DNA of 64,000 nucleotides from Candidatus Poribacteria bacterium (GCA_965215015.1 OZ244042.1:3488001-3552000), one strand, 5' to 3'; counted from the stretch's first letter, positions 19,895 to 30,621 are shown. Program-made: numbers and translations. Notes: a model not told the origin generated them from the letters alone.

Positions 19895-20968
19895 CTATAC
19901 CGCTTCCGCTACGCCGGACGCCGCGGAGCGATAGGCGGCGTCAAGCAGCTCCACCCCTCGCATAGCGGCTTCCCCCGGCGACCAATTCACATCGGTTATT
20001 CCGAGAATCAGGTCCACGAAGTTGTTGGGGGGACCGTTGCACTCATAGGCCCCTCCATCTGGCGCAACGTCGGCAACTTCGTCAACCTCGTTGTGCCTAC
20101 GCAGCTCCATGCGAGCGCGTTCGGCATCTAGGAGAAGCATTCCCTCAGTGCCAAAGAAGCGGATATCTACCTGAAATGGGCGATGGGTCGGGACCGTACC
20201 TGTGCCACTGACTGTACCAACCGCGCCGCTTATGAAGCGGGTTGTAATTGCATCATACAGGTCCACCTGCGCCCCCGGCGCAGTCATCATGCTAAAGACG
20301 GTTTCTGCCCGTAAATCTGACAGCCAGAACATCAACCCCACCGAGTGCGAAATCTGTCCGTGCCCATAGCCTCCGCCCGCAACTTGAGGGTCTGCCCATG
20401 TTGCAGGATCAGGACTAAACATTGTCCTCTCCGATTGTCCGCTCACTTCAGCAACGTCCATTCCTTTGCCGCTAAGCAGCCCCCGAATCGGTGAAGCCAT
20501 GTGACACAGCACATACTCTATTGTACCGATTCCGCCGGCGTCCATGAGTCGTTTGGCGTGTTGGATAAATGGCTTGTGATGCCAGCCGTAGGGCACTAGC
20601 AGTTGAACACCTTTTTCTTTTGCGAGCCTCACCAATTCTTGTGCATGTTTGGCGCGAGTGGTTAGGGGTTTCTCACACATAACGTGTAAGCCTTTTTCAA
20701 GCGCGGCGCGGGCGTGCTCGTAGTGGAGTGTGTGGGGTGAAGCCACAACCACACCATCCAATTCACACTTGTCTAGCAGGTCGTGATAGTCTTCGGTCGC
20801 ATACGCAAACCCGAAAGCCTCTTGTACCTGCCGTAATTCTTCGGTTCCCAGACGACAGACCCCTACCAATTCGATATCCTCGCGGCCCGCAAAAACAGGC
20901 ATGTGGTTGCTGGTTGCCCACCATCCCGCGCCAATGAACCCCAGACGCGCTTTTTTTTCTGTGTTCAT
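19895..20968 (-). CDS. Gfo/Idh/MocA family oxidoreductase
   Basis: GFIGAG Rossmann motif, HVMCEKP. Confidence 0.9.
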   Translation of the reverse strand: MNTEKKARLGFIGAGWWATSNHMPVFAGREDIELVGVCRLGTEELRQVQEAFGFAYATEDYHDLLDKCELDGVVVASPHTLHYEHARAALEKGLHVMCEKPLTTRAKHAQELVRLAKEKGVQLLVPYGWHHKPFIQHAKRLMDAGGIGTIEYVLCHMASPIRGLLSGKGMDVAEVSGQSERTMFSPDPATWADPQVAGGGYGHGQISHSVGLMFWLSDLRAETVFSMMTAPGAQVDLYDAITTRFISGAVGTVSGTGTVPTHRPFQVDIRFFGTEGMLLLDAERARMELRRHNEVDEVADVAPDGGAYECNGPPNNFVDLILGITDVNWSPGEAAMRGVELLDAAYRSAASGVAEAV

Positions 20969-21775
20969 AATGTTTTCTCCGTTCTAACTTAAGTTGCTAG
21001 ATAGCCTGTAGGTGGAGCTTCCATGCTTAATACTAAAGAGAAGCTGTTAAGGTCGCTGATCTACGGGCAGTTTTCTCGATTTGCCGTGCCTTACCCTAAT
21101 ACTGCACACATGTCGCCCCGCTGGGGCTTTAAGACATATTATTCTACCCCGATAAGGTCGGGTTCAGAACAAGTGGGGCTATGCGAGCAAGATGCCCTGC
21201 CTACAGGTGTGAGATGTAGATTGGGTTGAACGGGGCAAACCGAATTGGTCTCAATGCCGATAGCGGTTCAGTTTCTCAACAATACTGTTTTAGAAATAGC
21301 TGGACTTACGCAGTTGAACGTTCAAACCCTAGTAATTCGGTAATGAATCATCGGACAATACGACTCCCTTAAAGACGCGGGTTGAATTGCGCGACTACAA
21401 ACTCAAGTGTGTAACTGCTATTATCAAGCGTTGGGTGTCACTGTATTTGTGAGATTTGACGCTGATTGGGGCGTTGTATTCAAAAAGGAACGACTTGGTA
21501 TGTTTTATGAGCACTGTTCAACCCAACTCCGTTCCGAGGACTCCGATAAATCGGAGGAATCCCGATTTGTCGGGAGATTCAAAGCAATATGCCTACTACT
21601 AGCGGCTTAAGTTATTCTGAGGGGTGTACATGATTCGAGACACATTATAGCGGAATTTAAGCGAGGGCACCTGGGGCAATCGTATTGGAGAGGCGTTGAG
21701 AAGTATACGCATCAAAATCTATTTATGAGCACCCTTCAGTTATTCTAGGGAAAGATTCTAATGCTAATGCTAATG

Positions 21776-22744
21776 CTAACGCCTAACAAGCCAGAATTCG
21801 CCTTCGCTATGGGTTGCCAACATACCTAGCAACACAGCACCGGGAAAATCTTCCGCCATATCAATCGCCATTGTAAAGATTCGGGTATCAGTCGTTGTGT
21901 GTTGCGCGATTGCCTTTAGGTCGGGAATCCCTGAAGTCAGAATGCCATCGCTAAATAGCACCACGATTGTGGGCTCCCTGTTGTGCGTTTCTTGTAATGC
22001 TTCAAGCATATCTTTGTCTGAATAGCGCGAACTTTTCACAGGCTTTGCGCTCTCAAGGTGGGCGATGGTATCAGCGATGTTCACATCACTGACGGGGAGG
22101 AAGTTGGGTTGATAAAATTGGATCTCTTCGCTGAAGCTACAGACGTTGAACTGATCGTGCGATTCGAGAAATTCTAGCGAATTCGTCATGATGGTGAGAA
22201 TCCTCCGAAGCTTTCGCGGCTTCAAGCCGACCATGCTTGATGAAAGGTCTACACAGTAGATAATCCGCTGCGGTCCTTCTTGCCTTTCGATGAATTTAAC
22301 CAATCGGCTTTTGGGGCGTTCCTCCGGATCTACTTTTTTAATAGGATTCGTTATCACGCGTTCCATTTGCGGCATCGCTTGCGGCGCGATGCTGCCCGTT
22401 GATAATCCCACATTGTCACTCAGATTCAGTGGTCCGAGACTAAATTGTGTTGGCTCGGCTGCTGAAACAACTCCTCGCTCCGTGGGGGGGGCGTTGCTCG
22501 TTAAAATCTTCAGCGACGGTTGGTTGGTTTGCACAGTCGTTTTCTGTCTCCGTACTTGCGGACGTTTGGGGCGATTCATCCGTTTCGTCCTAGGTTTTTC
22601 AATCTTCATCAGTACTGCATTGATAGAATCTTGGTCCGAAAAAAACTGCTGTGCGGGCCAGAAGAAAAAACCCACAACACCAACAATGAGGTGTAAGATG
22701 AACGAAACAACGAGGGCTTTACTTGATTTAGACTTTGATTGCAT
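21776..22744 (-). CDS. Membrane-anchored vWA-domain protein
   Basis: N-terminal TM (SFILHL), MIDAS DLSSSM, LFSDG; paralog of 56011-57213. Confidence 0.82.
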   Translation of the reverse strand: MQSKSKSSKALVVSFILHLIVGVVGFFFWPAQQFFSDQDSINAVLMKIEKPRTKRMNRPKRPQVRRQKTTVQTNQPSLKILTSNAPPTERGVVSAAEPTQFSLGPLNLSDNVGLSTGSIAPQAMPQMERVITNPIKKVDPEERPKSRLVKFIERQEGPQRIIYCVDLSSSMVGLKPRKLRRILTIMTNSLEFLESHDQFNVCSFSEEIQFYQPNFLPVSDVNIADTIAHLESAKPVKSSRYSDKDMLEALQETHNREPTIVVLFSDGILTSGIPDLKAIAQHTTTDTRIFTMAIDMAEDFPGAVLLGMLATHSEGEFWLVRR

Positions 22745-22773
22745 TCTGAAAGACTCTCAAATAATTTAGTTTT

Positions 22774-22977
22774 GCTCATGTAAAGAATGAGTGCAACAGA
22801 AGCCATAAGGGCTTACCTCTCCCCCTGGTCGCCATCCCTCCCCCGCTTGCGAATTCCCCACCGCTTGCGAATTCCCCACCGCTTGCGAATTCCCCACCGC
22901 TTGCGGGGGGTTGGGGGGGCTTGGGGGGACGAAGGGCCCCTTCTCTTCGTATTTTGACTTTCTTTATAACATGAGCC
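22774..22977 (-). mobile_element. Family A MITE-like element carrying an 18-bp tandem repeat (CCGCTTGCGAATTCCCCA x3.5 at 22843-22905)
   Basis: Family A ends in reverse orientation; internal tandem duplication. Confidence 0.7.
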
Positions 22978-23014
22978 TTGTTGTAAGCGTGTTATAGCCG
23001 ACTTATGGGTTGCA

Positions 23015-26000
23015 TTATCGCATCGACATTTTCTCAGAATCGCTCTTGCGCCGGAGGACAACGCCCCATTGACCGACTATCCATAGCGTATCGTCGTTTG
23101 GAGAGCGAACGATAGTGTACAGGTTGTTGGATATATCCGTATGTTCTCGCTCCCATGTTGTGCCGCCATCCATTGAGCGGAGGATTGTGCCGGATGCACC
23201 AACAACATAGATTTCCCGATCTGATAACGCGAGGATGCCGTAAAGTGCTTCGGTGACGCCGCTCGACAGGGCTTCCCACTTAAATCCGCCTCCGGTTGTG
23301 CGGAGGATAAGGCCGTAATCGCCGGCTGCCCAGCCCTTCCGTTTGGTGATGAATGACACTCCATACAGATTGTAGCCGGTGTCGGTTTCATGGTGTTTCC
23401 AATATCCGCCGCCGTTGATTGTTCGCTGGACAATGCCGCTATGTCCAACCGCCCAACCGAGCGGCGCAAATTTCATTTCGACCCTTTCGAGGTCTTTCCC
23501 TGTGGAGGTACGTTGAGGCGTCCAGATGGGACCTCCATCTTGGTTATGGATAATTTGTCCATCCCTGCCGACCGCCCAACCTTCGGAGAAGTCGCCAAAC
23601 GCGACATCGCTGATGGCAAACGGCAACGGTGGGTCTTCCTCAAATAGCCCCGGACGCGTCGGGGTTTGGCCCGCTGACCATTTTACACCGTTGGTAGTAT
23701 ACAGCACTGTGCCATCGCGCCGCATTGACCAGCCCCATCGCGTTGTTCCTTCGGATTCGTCGGCGTTTAACCCCGATACATCGGCAAAATGAATGCCGAC
23801 AAGGGGTTGTTCAGTTCCACTTTTCACTGGTTTCCAAGTCTGCCCACCATCTTGGGTTTCCAGCAGTAAGCCATTATCTCCGGTAATCCAACCGTGCGTG
23901 CTGTCTAGGAAGAGGATAGCGCGGAAGTCATCAAGTTGCTCGCCGAGTTGACGTTCCCACGTTTGTCCGCCATTTTCAGTGTAATAGATATGTCCAGCGT
24001 CGCCAACTGCCCACGCGTGTTGGTCGCCGACAAAGTGCACATTTGTGATTGGCAGCCCAGATTGACGCCAGCCCCGGCGTCGACGGGCTATCGGTTTTTC
24101 TTGGTCTTCTGCCTTTGTGTCTGTTTGTATGCTAGCTGTATCTTCAGTGTCGGTCTCAATTTCGCCTTCAGGCGTGAAACGCCCGGCGCGTGATCGCTGC
24201 TCGCTCAAATCTCTCTGAAAGATGTCGGCAAAATTTTCGTCTAGCGGATTGCTAATCGCTGGTTGTGGCTCTTGAGGTTTATCCGCTTCTGCCTCCATGT
24301 CTGCCTGTTTACTCTGAGCAATGAGTTCCGCCATTGTCTCAAGCCCCACGTAGGTTGGTAGCCAACTCTCGCCTTGGTCGCTTGTCACAAGGATAGCCCC
24401 GTTACGGTTAATTCCCCATGCACGCTGATGGTCGTAGAACTTAATCCGGCGAAGCCCTTCCACCGCGATTTCCGGGAAGAGTTGTTGCCACGTTATGCCG
24501 CCATCCTGCGTGATGAGAGACTTGCCATCTCTGCCCACAATCCAGCCGGACTTCGCATCAGCGAAGTGCACCGCGGCAGCAGGCTGATGGGTTTTATCCT
24601 GAATTTCCCAGTAGTCCCCACCGTTGACAGTATGCAGAATAAGCCCGCCTTCGACCCGTTGAGGGGTAACAGCCCACCCTTCGGTACTATTAATGAAATG
24701 AAGTGCTGTGATTGGTTGGTTTGTCGTCCCGGTTTTCTGACGTTTCCAAGTTACGCCGCCATCCGTGGTGTGGAGCGTTTGTCCCTGATCCGCACCCAGC
24801 CAACCTTCTTGCGTGTTGATAAACTGCATCGCACCAATCCTGCGGAAGTTTTGCACCACCTTTTTGATAACTTGCCACGTTTGCCCACCGTTTTCTGTGC
24901 GAAGCAGCACACCATTTCCGGCAATCCATCCGTGGTCTTCATCGACAAAAGTGATGCGATGCAAATTATCCTTCACGCCACTGTGTTGGGGCATCCACGT
25001 TTTGCCGCCATCCGTCGTGTGAGCAATTACACCTCCGGATCCAACCGCCCACCCGCGTAAAGTAGCGGGTTCATCCGCCGTACGATGGAAATAGGTGTCG
25101 GCAAAATCGGTCTGCCAAGTTGCTTGACGGACGATTTCCCAATGATAGGTAACCTCTTCAACAGTCGGTGGTTCCTCGATAGTTTCGGTGGTTTGCGTTC
25201 GCTCTGCCATAGGGGGGAGTTCGGCTGGAAGCTCTTCCGCGTCAACAGAGTAACGCATCGCAATTCCACCTTTGCCGACAGCGACCATCCCTTCCGGGGA
25301 CAGGGCGAATCCGTATAGGTCGTTCTCCGTATCGCTCTCCTGCGGCTCCCATTTTGTCCCGCCGTTGGTGGTGGTCAGGATAACGCCATCATCCCCTACG
25401 ATGAGACCGTGCTTTGCATCGGCGAAGTAGACCTTATTCAAATTTGCCTCCGTGCCGCTCCATTGGAATTTCCACGTTTTTCCCCCATCTTTGGTGTGCA
25501 AAATTTCTCCAAACTGCCCGGTAACCCAGCCGGTTTTGTTGTCGATAAAGTAGATTGCGTACAATTCATTGTAGGTAGGTGTCTTTTGTTGTGTCCATGT
25601 CAGTCCACCGTTGGCTGTGTGAATGACAATGCCGGGCCAACCGACTGACCAACCTTCCTTATCGTTGAGAAAGAATACCTCTTTGAGCATGTGAAATTCG
25701 CCCGGCGTCTGCTGCACCCATGATTCACCGCCATCAGCGGTATGTAGAACTGTCCCGAGATCGCCAACAACCCAACCTTTTTTTGGGCTGACGAAATAGG
25801 TGCCCCGGAGCGAATACCACCATCCGCTTTTTTGAGTTTCCCAACTCTGCCCACCATCAGCGGTGTGGACAATCATGCCGCGATCGCCGACCGCCCAACC
25901 CTCTAGGTCTGAGACAAAATAGAGGCTTCGGATGTTGTCCCAGATGTCCGTTTGAACCTCAGTCCACGTTTGTCCACCGTCTTGAGTCACAGCGATGGTG

Positions 26001-27073
26001 CCTTTTTCACCGACAGCGATTGCCCGATTCCCATCAGCAAACTGTATCTCCTCAAGGTTGTTGGCGGTAGTACCGCTAGCTATTGTCCACGTCTCCCCGC
26101 CATCTTCTGAGTGCATGATTGTGCCGTGCCAACCTACCGCCCACGCCTCGCTTGGGGTGGTGAACTGAACCCCGGTCAGATTATTTTCGGTACCGCTCTC
26201 TAGCAATCGCCAGTTATCTCCTCCGTCCTCTGTGAACGTGATGAAACCGATATCAGCAACAGCGACGCCGCGTTGGTTGTCCACAAAATGGATACTGTTG
26301 ACAGTGTCCCGAACATGCCCATTAATCAGTGGGATGCGGCTATCCTGACGCGTCCATTCGGCACCCCCATTTGTTGTGTGGAAGATTGATCCGTCAGTCC
26401 CGACAAGCCAACCCTCGTTTTGGCTGATGAAGAAGACCCGCTTGTTATCGTTGATCATCCGGTCGCGTTCGCCCTGGTAACGGTTACTCTGCTGCCGCCA
26501 CGTTTTGCCACCGTCCTCTGTGAAGAGAATCCGATCGTTTGCGCCGACAGTCCAACCGCGGCGTTTGCTAACAAACCAGATGCCGCTGAGTGGAAAATCG
26601 CTGATGTATTCATACTGTTCCCACGTTTTCCCGCCGTTCTTTGTGTACAATACATCGGCATCCTCTCCGACGATCCACCCCTCATCGGAATTTGCAAAGT
26701 GGACATCCCTGAGCATTGCTAAGGTGCCGCTGTCCTGGAGATGCCAGTGGCGTCCGCCGTCATCGGTGGTAGCGATTAACCCCTTATCGCCGACCGCCCA
26801 ACCGTAACGGGGATTGGTGAAATAGACCGCCTTGAAATCACCTTCCGTTTCAGTTTCTTGGCGTTCCCACGTTTTTCCACCATCGTTTGTATGGATGATG
26901 ATTCCCTTTTCGCCGACGATCCATCCGCGTTCGGCATCTGCGAAGTGCAAATCTGTGAAATTGGCTTCCCAATCTGCTTTACGGGTCACGTCTTGCCTAC
27001 AACCGATGAGTATGGTTATGAGTGCGAAAGCAAGTGTTGTCCCTCGGAATATATGTTGGTATGTCTGTTTCAT
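23015..27073 (-). CDS. Large YCF48/BNR (Asp-box) beta-propeller repeat lipoprotein, about 1352 aa
   Basis: RBS AAGGAGG then ATG 27073; lipobox LIGC; more than 20 GWxVG..G.I.HT.DGG.TW repeats. Confidence 0.88.
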   Translation of the reverse strand: MKQTYQHIFRGTTLAFALITILIGCRQDVTRKADWEANFTDLHFADAERGWIVGEKGIIIHTNDGGKTWERQETETEGDFKAVYFTNPRYGWAVGDKGLIATTDDGGRHWHLQDSGTLAMLRDVHFANSDEGWIVGEDADVLYTKNGGKTWEQYEYISDFPLSGIWFVSKRRGWTVGANDRILFTEDGGKTWRQQSNRYQGERDRMINDNKRVFFISQNEGWLVGTDGSIFHTTNGGAEWTRQDSRIPLINGHVRDTVNSIHFVDNQRGVAVADIGFITFTEDGGDNWRLLESGTENNLTGVQFTTPSEAWAVGWHGTIMHSEDGGETWTIASGTTANNLEEIQFADGNRAIAVGEKGTIAVTQDGGQTWTEVQTDIWDNIRSLYFVSDLEGWAVGDRGMIVHTADGGQSWETQKSGWWYSLRGTYFVSPKKGWVVGDLGTVLHTADGGESWVQQTPGEFHMLKEVFFLNDKEGWSVGWPGIVIHTANGGLTWTQQKTPTYNELYAIYFIDNKTGWVTGQFGEILHTKDGGKTWKFQWSGTEANLNKVYFADAKHGLIVGDDGVILTTTNGGTKWEPQESDTENDLYGFALSPEGMVAVGKGGIAMRYSVDAEELPAELPPMAERTQTTETIEEPPTVEEVTYHWEIVRQATWQTDFADTYFHRTADEPATLRGWAVGSGGVIAHTTDGGKTWMPQHSGVKDNLHRITFVDEDHGWIAGNGVLLRTENGGQTWQVIKKVVQNFRRIGAMQFINTQEGWLGADQGQTLHTTDGGVTWKRQKTGTTNQPITALHFINSTEGWAVTPQRVEGGLILHTVNGGDYWEIQDKTHQPAAAVHFADAKSGWIVGRDGKSLITQDGGITWQQLFPEIAVEGLRRIKFYDHQRAWGINRNGAILVTSDQGESWLPTYVGLETMAELIAQSKQADMEAEADKPQEPQPAISNPLDENFADIFQRDLSEQRSRAGRFTPEGEIETDTEDTASIQTDTKAEDQEKPIARRRRGWRQSGLPITNVHFVGDQHAWAVGDAGHIYYTENGGQTWERQLGEQLDDFRAILFLDSTHGWITGDNGLLLETQDGGQTWKPVKSGTEQPLVGIHFADVSGLNADESEGTTRWGWSMRRDGTVLYTTNGVKWSAGQTPTRPGLFEEDPPLPFAISDVAFGDFSEGWAVGRDGQIIHNQDGGPIWTPQRTSTGKDLERVEMKFAPLGWAVGHSGIVQRTINGGGYWKHHETDTGYNLYGVSFITKRKGWAAGDYGLILRTTGGGFKWEALSSGVTEALYGILALSDREIYVVGASGTILRSMDGGTTWEREHTDISNNLYTIVRSPNDDTLWIVGQWGVVLRRKSDSEKMSMR

Positions 27074-27812
27074 TTGATTTTTCCTCCTTGAAAGTGTCAT
27101 AACGCTCTCAGAAACACGGAAAGCCCGATATCCAGTGGCATGCCAAATCGGCTTGAGTCCATCGTAACTCGACGGTTGAGCGGAGAACGATGGTGAAAAC
27201 GCTTCCCAAAATTCTCGATTCTTTGGACGTAACAGCTTCCTAAATGTTGAAGTGATCAATCCGTTTCTATCTTAATCTTACAAAGTATAACATAACCGGG
27301 CCCTAAACCCTATATCAAAATTTGCTGAACGGGAGTGTTTGTCCGATCGTTCGGCTAGAAATTGCAAAGTAGGTCAAGGTTCCTCGATGAAACGTCAGGC
27401 ATTACCTCCAGCGGTTTACCTGTTTTCTCATCTACTCGCTTGGGTATTTATATGATTCATCGGTATTCTTCTGTTCCTGTTGGATTTGACATTCCAACGA
27501 GTGTGAGGCAGTTGGAGGGACCTGCCTTTTTGCTTGCATTCCAACAATGAGTGTGCTAGGATGAACACACTATCCTTGGCGAAGTGATACAAGTTGTGCA
27601 CATCTCATTGAGAAACGTTCTCAGACTGGATTTACAGGGCTTAAAATTGGTGGGATTGATGATGGGGTTGAGAATCTTTAAGTATTGATAATAACCGATA
27701 GCATATAGAATCAGAATCGCAGCAGCGTCGGCATGCGTCGCTGGTAGAACGGATTAAATACCGAAAGGCGAGGAGACAATATGCGTTTTTTCGTGAACTC
27801 AGGCTTCGGTTC

Positions 27813-28073
27813 TTGATGGTTTCGTTATGTGAGTCTTTATGTGAGTCTTTCAAAACAGATTATGACATGCGCGCCAAAGCCTTGTGTTATTGTGCTGTAT
27901 GTTGTGACGAGCTATGCTACAATGAGCGTGCCGAATGTTATTTTGAGAAAGCAGAAGAAAGTGGTTTTGTCAATGACCCCCAACCTCATTACTTAGGAGC
28001 AATAGTTCAAAAGTCGGAAGATCTCAAAAAACGGGTTATAGAAAAACTTGGTATTACTGAAGATCCTGAGTAA
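27813..28073 (+). CDS. Small Cys-rich hypothetical protein or gene remnant
   Basis: ORF only; internal 12-bp duplication; no recognisable family. Confidence 0.3.
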   Translation: MMVSLCESLCESFKTDYDMRAKALCYCAVCCDELCYNERAECYFEKAEESGFVNDPQPHYLGAIVQKSEDLKKRVIEKLGITEDPE

Positions 28074-28302
28074 ACCGCAACAACAACGAGCGGGAGGGAT
28101 TATGAACGAATTGATGATTCAAGATGGGGGAACGTTGGCAATAAGGGGTAATAATAAAATCAGAATATTGGTAATATGGTGATGCGTTGCTGGTGGAGAT
28201 GCAGGTCGTTGGCAGGTGGAAATCCTCATAGATGCCTGCCCACTATGCCAAAGCAGAGTTGGCGGAACGGAGCGCAATGGACCGGTTTAGGGCCGGAAAG
28301 AG

Positions 28303-28653
28303 GTGATAATTTTGGATTTATACCTGCTTATGGGGGTTGGTGGTATCGCTTGGAGTGGTTCAATCAGGATTTCTGAATCCTATTCAAATCCTCCTACTGT
28401 TTCTCCTTTGGAATGTCCGCCTTGGGCAGGTCGTCCAACGGGCGTAAAGTTTATAACGATATTTAATATCGCTATGATTGTTTTACCCTTCCTGAACGGA
28501 TATATCTTGGGTGGTGTGCTAGGCATGTTCATTAGCATTGCTGGCACGTGGGTGGTTATGAAACTTGTTCGACATTTTTTCACTTACAGGTTTGAATACG
28601 CTATCCGAGTGTTTTTTTTTTGGTTCGCCGTATGTAATCTGGACTTTGGTTAA
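28303..28653 (+). CDS. Hypothetical membrane protein
   Basis: Hydrophobic ORF. Confidence 0.4.
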   Translation: MIILDLYLLMGVGGIAWSGSIRISESYSNPPTVSPLECPPWAGRPTGVKFITIFNIAMIVLPFLNGYILGGVLGMFISIAGTWVVMKLVRHFFTYRFEYAIRVFFFWFAVCNLDFG

Positions 28654-28702
28654 TTTGGGTCGGCTTTAGTTGACTAATCCTAAAAGTGAAAGTGTGCGTA
28701 AC

Positions 28703-28834
28703 ATCATGGGGCATGAAAACGCTGGTTGGGTTGAGGCGGTTGGTACTGGTGTGAAATCGGTGAAACCCGGTGACGATCAAACTGCACCTTCCAACCTACT
28801 GGTGTGCACCCAACTTCTCCTATATGATGGCTGA
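28703..28834 (+). pseudogene. Remnant of a Zn-dependent (MDR) alcohol dehydrogenase
   Basis: IMGHENAGWVEAVGTGVKSVKPGD matches the GHExxGxVxxxGxxV signature; no N-terminus and an early stop. Confidence 0.7.
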
Positions 28835-29104
28835 GGATACCCACCGTGAACTTTTGACGGTTCGAGGAATCCACGAGTCACGGTTCGTTGGAAAGATCAT
28901 TTCGCTGCGAGGGCAATTGAGGGGGGTGTGAACGCTGGCAAATCCTTCTCAGAGGCTTTTCCGGATGAAGTATCTGAAAACCTGTGTCAACTCAGCGATC
29001 TCTTCCAGGATGAAATTAGTGTCAAACTTGCTGAGGGCGCATAAAACCGCAGTGCAATCGGCAACCGTGCAACATCAACTTGACCATTGTTGCGAGGAAC
29101 GCCT

Positions 29105-30214
29105 ATGATCGCGGCGCATACCGATGTCGTTGGAAGTTTGCTCCGTCCGCCTGAACTGCTCAAAGCGAGGAACGAGATTGCCGCGGGCAAAATGACGCCA
29201 GCGGCGTTCAAGGCTATCGAAGATCAAGCAGTTGATAAAGCTGTCGCCCTTCAGGAAGGGGTGGGCTTGGAGGTCGTTACCGATGGTGAAATGCGTCGGT
29301 TATCTTTCCAGAGCCAGATGACAGAAGCGGTCGCCGGTTTCGGTAAATATAACCTCAATGCCTTCCTCTGGGGTGATTGGCGCGGCGACGGAGGTGCGGG
29401 GAGCTTGAGTATAGAACGCCCCAAGGGTTTGGGTGTTGTCGGCAAGCTCAACCGCAAGCGTCATCTTTCAGGGGAAGAGTTCACCTACCTGCGAGCGCGG
29501 ACGACTCGCATACCGAAGATTACGTTGCCTAGTCCCAGCATGTGGACAAACTTCTGGTCGTCAGAGCACTCTCCGCCCGCCTATCCTACGCTCGAGAGTT
29601 TTCTTGTGGATGTCGTTGACCTTATACGGGGCGAGGTCGCCGAGTTGGTCCGACTGGGTGCAACCTACATTCAGCTGGATGCTCCCCATTATCCGTTGCT
29701 ACTCGATCCTAAGACTAGAGCTTTCTACGAAAGACAAGGCTGGGGGCTTGATCAGTGGCTGGACCGAGGCGTTGAGATGGACAACGCTGTGATTGGCGAT
29801 TTTTCAGATGTGACGTTTGGCTTTCACCTCTGACGCGGCAATCAGAGCAGCCGGTGGTTGGTCGAAGGAGGTTATGAGCTGATAGCCAAACCGATTTTCC
29901 AAGGCATCCGGGCCCAGCGTCTACTGCTTGAATACGATGACGAACGCTCCGGTTCATTTGAACCGTTGAAGGAGATTCCTGATGACAAGATTGTCGTTTT
30001 AGGGTTGGTTACGACGAAAACGCCACGCCGAGAAACGCCGGAAGCACTCACCGCACGCGTTAAGGAAGCCAGCCAATTTGTGCCGATAGAACGGCTTGCA
30101 TTGAGTCCACAGTGTGGCTTTTCAACTTCGGTTGTTGGCAATCGCATTACAGTAGAAGACCAGAGGCATAAGTTGTCGGTGGTTGTTGAGACTGCTAGAA
30201 GGGTGTGGGGCTAA
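29105..30214 (+). CDS. Cobalamin-independent methionine synthase II family (MetE C-terminal domain-like) protein; putative selenoprotein with Sec243 (TGA 29831-29833), 369 aa
   Basis: VVGSLLRP, VTDGEMRR, YIQLDAP, GFHL-[TGA]-RGN at the conserved HxC zinc ligand, LLLEYD, LSPQCGF; ORFs 29087..29833 and 29858..30214 are in the same frame. Confidence 0.88.
29834..29863 (+). promoter_or_regulatory. Putative bacterial SECIS of the MetE-like gene
   Basis: GA-G-CAGCC-(GGT)-GGTTG-G-TC hairpin; loop begins 19 nt after TGA and starts with G. Confidence 0.55.
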
Positions 30215-30222
30215 ACTGGGGA

Positions 30223-30314
30223 GACTCATGTTAAAGGAAAGTGTAAAACGCTAAGAGCTCCCAAGTTTTTCCGAAAAAATTCGGGAGCTGTTGCACGATT
30301 TCTTAACATGAGCC
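30223..30314 (+). mobile_element. Family A MITE-like element
   Basis: Aligns with 15277-15367 and 36010-36100. Confidence 0.7.
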
Positions 30315-30414
30315 ACTGGAGAAAACAGACAAGGTACACCTAGCATCAGATTAAATGGTGCTTTTTGAAGCGTACATTAAAAAACATGAATACGAGTTCA
30401 ATTGGAGGAAGGAT

Positions 30415-30621
30415 ATGGCGCAAACTCCTAAAAACCATCAAACCCGAACTGAATCTATTGGGAAATGGACAATTCGGATTAGATCTTACCAACTCGGTGA
30501 TGTGTATATCTGTACTGTAGACAATGTGAGCCCCGGTGCCGTCATTGCTCGATCTACGGCTGCAGCCCGCGCGGAGGCAGAATCCGAGGCGTTGGCGCAA
30601 GCGAAAGCCGCGATGGCATAA
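30415..30621 (+). CDS. Small hypothetical protein (68 aa) in the selenium cluster
   Basis: GGAGG/AGGA RBS then ATG 30415; SYQLGDVYICTVDNVSPGAVIAR. Confidence 0.7.
   Translation: MAQTPKNHQTRTESIGKWTIRIRSYQLGDVYICTVDNVSPGAVIARSTAAARAEAESEALAQAKAAMA

Noticed and set aside
22843-22905. Possible CRISPR array, and the ORF 22813..23061 with RKRWGI repeats
   Set aside because: The 18-bp units are head-to-tail with no spacers, there are no cas genes, and they lie inside a repeat element; the ORF is a by-product of the repeat.
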